Assembly: GCF_052425735.1 (NCBI RefSeq)
Contig: NC_135767.1
Span: 6,386,001 to 6,450,000, forward strand
Origin: Oculina patagonica
Lineage: Eukaryota
DNA: 64,000 nt
Direction of reading: 5' to 3'
Part shown: positions 60,914-64,000 of the stretch, piece by piece
Position numbering within the stretch: position 1 is the first letter of the stretch
How the letters are laid out: each line of letters begins with the position of its first letter
The notes under the pieces: model-generated
Databases searched by the model: none
Told to the model about the DNA's origin: nothing
What the model saw: the letters and a program-made list of their open reading frames with translations, nothing else
Program-made: the position numbers and the translations under genes

Positions 60914-62440
60914 CTAAAGTTTCGTTTCCTCGTAACTGTTCCACGCAGGTTCGTTCTCATCAGTCAACTCAACAACAGTTAGTTTGTTGTCCAATGTGTT
61001 TAAGATTGTTGATAACATTGGCAATGACTTCGATCTTGAGAAATTCTTCTCTGCTGCATTTTGTTGACAGTTTGTTAGTGTGGCGGAGGAGTTTTCATTC
61101 AGCGACGATGATCGCGCAATTTTACCACCCATGGGATGTGGAGATCTTTTAAGCTCCGTGGTATCTTTCGCTAATTTAGTATTACGCTGAATGCGTTTCG
61201 TTCTTGGGACATTTTCAATCTGAACTGTTACAACTAATTTGTTTTGCTCTTTTGTAAAGAACTTTTTGTTTGCTATCTTCGATGGAGCTGATCTGGGTCT
61301 TTCCTTCACTGTCTCATTCGACCTTCGCCGAACCGTTTCCGAACAAATCACCGCACCGCAAAATTCAGATTTTACCAAGCGGGGTTGTGTTTGTCCGATT
61401 TGAAGCTCTTCAACATCTAGCGATGCCACGGAATAGCGACGTCGCCTAGTTCGACGCACAGTGCGAGCTGCTGGCTGGATTCTTTGAGGATTTCTGCACC
61501 TTAACAGCTCCAAGGCAGCTTTCCTTAAGCGGCGGTCTCTATAACAGTATAATAGTGGATTGACGAGAGAGTTTAACTGCAGCATTGTATCTGCCCATCG
61601 AAAAACAGAAGCCTTGAAGAGCAAAGGCAAAATTCCCCTGAACTGGTAAAGGAGAATGGTCGGAATGCCCGAGATAAAGACGAAAAGTGTTATCCAGAAA
61701 GTGGTAATTGCAACCTTTCTTTCAAGCTTCGCTTTAACCAGGGCATTCACTGAACGGATTTGCGTTTGGTTCTGCTTTTGCACAACGAGATAAACCTTAA
61801 CATAACAGTACAGAATAAACAAAATGCCTACAAGCCAGAAACTGCTCACTAGTACATCCACGGCTAAAATAACTTCATAACGGACGCCAAAGGTTTCCAT
61901 TACAGTTATCACAACAACGATTAGTGATGCTGACAGCCATGTAATTTTCGCGTACTTCTTTAGACGGTTTTTTGTAACAATAACCTTGTACACCATCCAT
62001 TTTACTATCGCCACGTACCTTTCCCAAGCAATTAGCACCAAATGAAAAAACGACAGGCTTGAAACAGTATACAGCACAAAGGCAACTATGATACCTACTG
62101 TACAGATAATATTTTCAAATAAAATTCTTCGCAGAGCTAACGCGTCTAAAGTAATAGTCAGCGGCATAGATACAGCGCCCACCAAAAGGTCAGTCACAGC
62201 TAAACTAGATAGCAGAATGTTGGAATTCTTTTTCAATTCTCTTCTCGTCTTCACTGCTATTATCACCAAGAGGTTTAACAGAATGGTAACAGGACAAGCA
62301 ATAATCGTGACGGCCAGATTAATCTTAAGAGAAGTTGTTCGATTTAAGTCCCAGATGAAATTTGGTGTCTTAGGGCAATGAAACGTTGACCTGGTTTCGT
62401 TGAAGGAATTGGCGAGTGATTCTGTATTATTCACCGCCAT
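60914..62440 (-). CDS. Intronless long-tailed class A orphan GPCR, copy 3
   Basis: 508-aa ORF with AWERY and NSLVNPLLY; ends EETKL. Confidence 0.93.
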   Translation of the reverse strand: MAVNNTESLANSFNETRSTFHCPKTPNFIWDLNRTTSLKINLAVTIIACPVTILLNLLVIIAVKTRRELKKNSNILLSSLAVTDLLVGAVSMPLTITLDALALRRILFENIICTVGIIVAFVLYTVSSLSFFHLVLIAWERYVAIVKWMVYKVIVTKNRLKKYAKITWLSASLIVVVITVMETFGVRYEVILAVDVLVSSFWLVGILFILYCYVKVYLVVQKQNQTQIRSVNALVKAKLERKVAITTFWITLFVFISGIPTILLYQFRGILPLLFKASVFRWADTMLQLNSLVNPLLYCYRDRRLRKAALELLRCRNPQRIQPAARTVRRTRRRRYSVASLDVEELQIGQTQPRLVKSEFCGAVICSETVRRRSNETVKERPRSAPSKIANKKFFTKEQNKLVVTVQIENVPRTKRIQRNTKLAKDTTELKRSPHPMGGKIARSSSLNENSSATLTNCQQNAAEKNFSRSKSLPMLSTILNTLDNKLTVVELTDENEPAWNSYEETKL

Positions 62441-63766
62441 GATCGATACAGAATGAGTTTCTTGACAGCTTGGCTCTGGTACAGCTTTCTTATTGTCAAA
62501 ATTCTCCTATTTATTTTATTTTAGTGTGAATGTTTGCATTTTGTATTTTTTCTGACAATCGTTTTCGTTCTGCGTTTGAAAAACGATTTCCATGTGAAGT
62601 CCTCGGAAAGCCACTAGCTCTTTAGAACCTTTCTTTTCATCCACCCATTGGATACACTACTCCTATGTTTTCTAGGGCTAGGGGAATTGTTTAGACCTGT
62701 TAAGTATTGTTTTAAGAACCAATGACATGTCTTGTTTAATGAGGTAGTGGGCGATCCGATTTCCTACGTAAGTGGGATCATTCAGGACAGTCTCGGTTTA
62801 AGTTATCCTCACTTGAGTTGTTTTCATTTCTACTTTGAACACAAACCGAAGCAATTAACTGCAACATATGGCGCATCGTGCGAGGTAAATTGACAGGAAA
62901 TGTGTCCAGCAAACTAAGTCATGATCCTTACGCAGGGACGATTCCAGCGGATAAGTGTCTTGATAGCTCGGTTCAGGTTTGCTGCCGTCTTGAAAAAATT
63001 CCCTGTTAATACTCGGTCGAATTTCATAAAACACTGTTCCTTAGGGCGTAATGTTGTTTCTCGATCTGCATTTCGAGATTTTTTCTCCCTTTTTTGTTTT
63101 CGTTTTCCGATTGTTTTGCTTACAATTATCTTAGAAGTTTCATAGAATCAGCCAATTTATTCGCATTTTATACGCTCACAATACCGGCTGCACCTGTTTC
63201 AGTTATTGTCGGACTGAGTTCAGTGCCCGTCAAATAAAGTTTATTTTAGAGCAGGGAAGAGAGCTAAGGCAAGGGATGCCTCGAAGAATTCCGATTCTTT
63301 TTGCTATTAGCCTATTTTAGGCGTTTCTATACTATTTGCACTTTTTTGGTTTGCCTTTTCTTTGTCCATCAATTTAATTCTTTAATTTAACGTAACACGA
63401 AAATCGCCTACCAGGGAATAAAATGTGACACACATGTGGACTCATTTGTGGACAATTTTTTTAGTAAAATAAAACGCATTTTCCCCCTAAATTTTCTTAT
63501 TTGTATCCAGAAAAATGGAATATCACCTTACTGCTAGTCAATGCCGGATGATTTTATAATAAAATAAAGCTTTTCTTATCCTTTGAGCTTTTCACGTGTA
63601 TTTTAAGCCAAGACGCATTTCCATTTTTTAATAACAAACAACTCGCCTTTATCGTTAAATTTGAAAGAATTCCACTGAATCATTTTTAATATAATTTTAA
63701 AATAAAATTAATTTCATTATCAATCATGCGTGGTGAACGTTTTTATAAATCTATTAAGATGTTTTA

Positions 63767-64000
63767 AAAGTTGGTTCTCATATGATCGCCCTGATCGCTT
63801 CTATCGCATCGGTCGTTTGCAAATACTGAGAAAATTGTAAGCGATCGAAGCGATTGGAAGCGATCGGTTCTCATACGATCGTCTCAATCGCCTGGTATGA
63901 GCGAAGACCTACGAAAACAATCATTTTAGTCCTAGATCCAACACAATGGCAGCCTTCAATGTTATAGCAAAACTCGTGGCCTCCTATCTTCTCAGTTATC
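63767..64000. mobile_element. Probable left end of a DNA transposon with GATCGC/GCGATC subterminal repeats; runs off the window
   Basis: aagttggttctcatatgatcgc..gcgatcg..ggttctcatacgatcg. The right end is not in the window. Confidence 0.45.

Overview
Eukaryotic, AT-rich, intron-containing animal DNA. The repeat families and gene types suggest a stony coral or related anthozoan (inference). Contents: (1) 325-9354 (-): a tandem array of three intronless ~303-aa class A GPCRs plus a 16-codon 5' stub, inside segmental duplications. (2) 11560-23286 (+): the last 17 coding exons (~486 aa) of an EEA1-like coiled-coil/FYVE gene. Its 5' part was not found in the window, so the GPCR array may lie antisense inside one of its introns. 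(3) ~28250-32245: a ~49-bp palindromic satellite invaded by two related foldback elements (AATCCGTGGCAC termini, 6-bp TSDs) that carry a decayed captured ORF. (4) 46847 to 33990 (-): an 11-exon, >=1119-codon signal-peptide gene with three copies of an unrecognised 165-aa domain plus Cys-rich GCC2/GCC3-like repeats, a WSC-like module, a furin-split cadherin-like domain and an Ig domain. A fused-exon relic of a second copy lies at 32315-32380. (5) 48184-62440 (-): three intronless ~500-aa long-tailed GPCRs plus a C-terminal pseudogene fragment. Also present: many MITEs, a SINE core, an RTE-LINE 3' end and a minimal hammerhead ribozyme motif. No rRNA, tRNA or CRISPR was found. All exon and TSD calls were made by eye.
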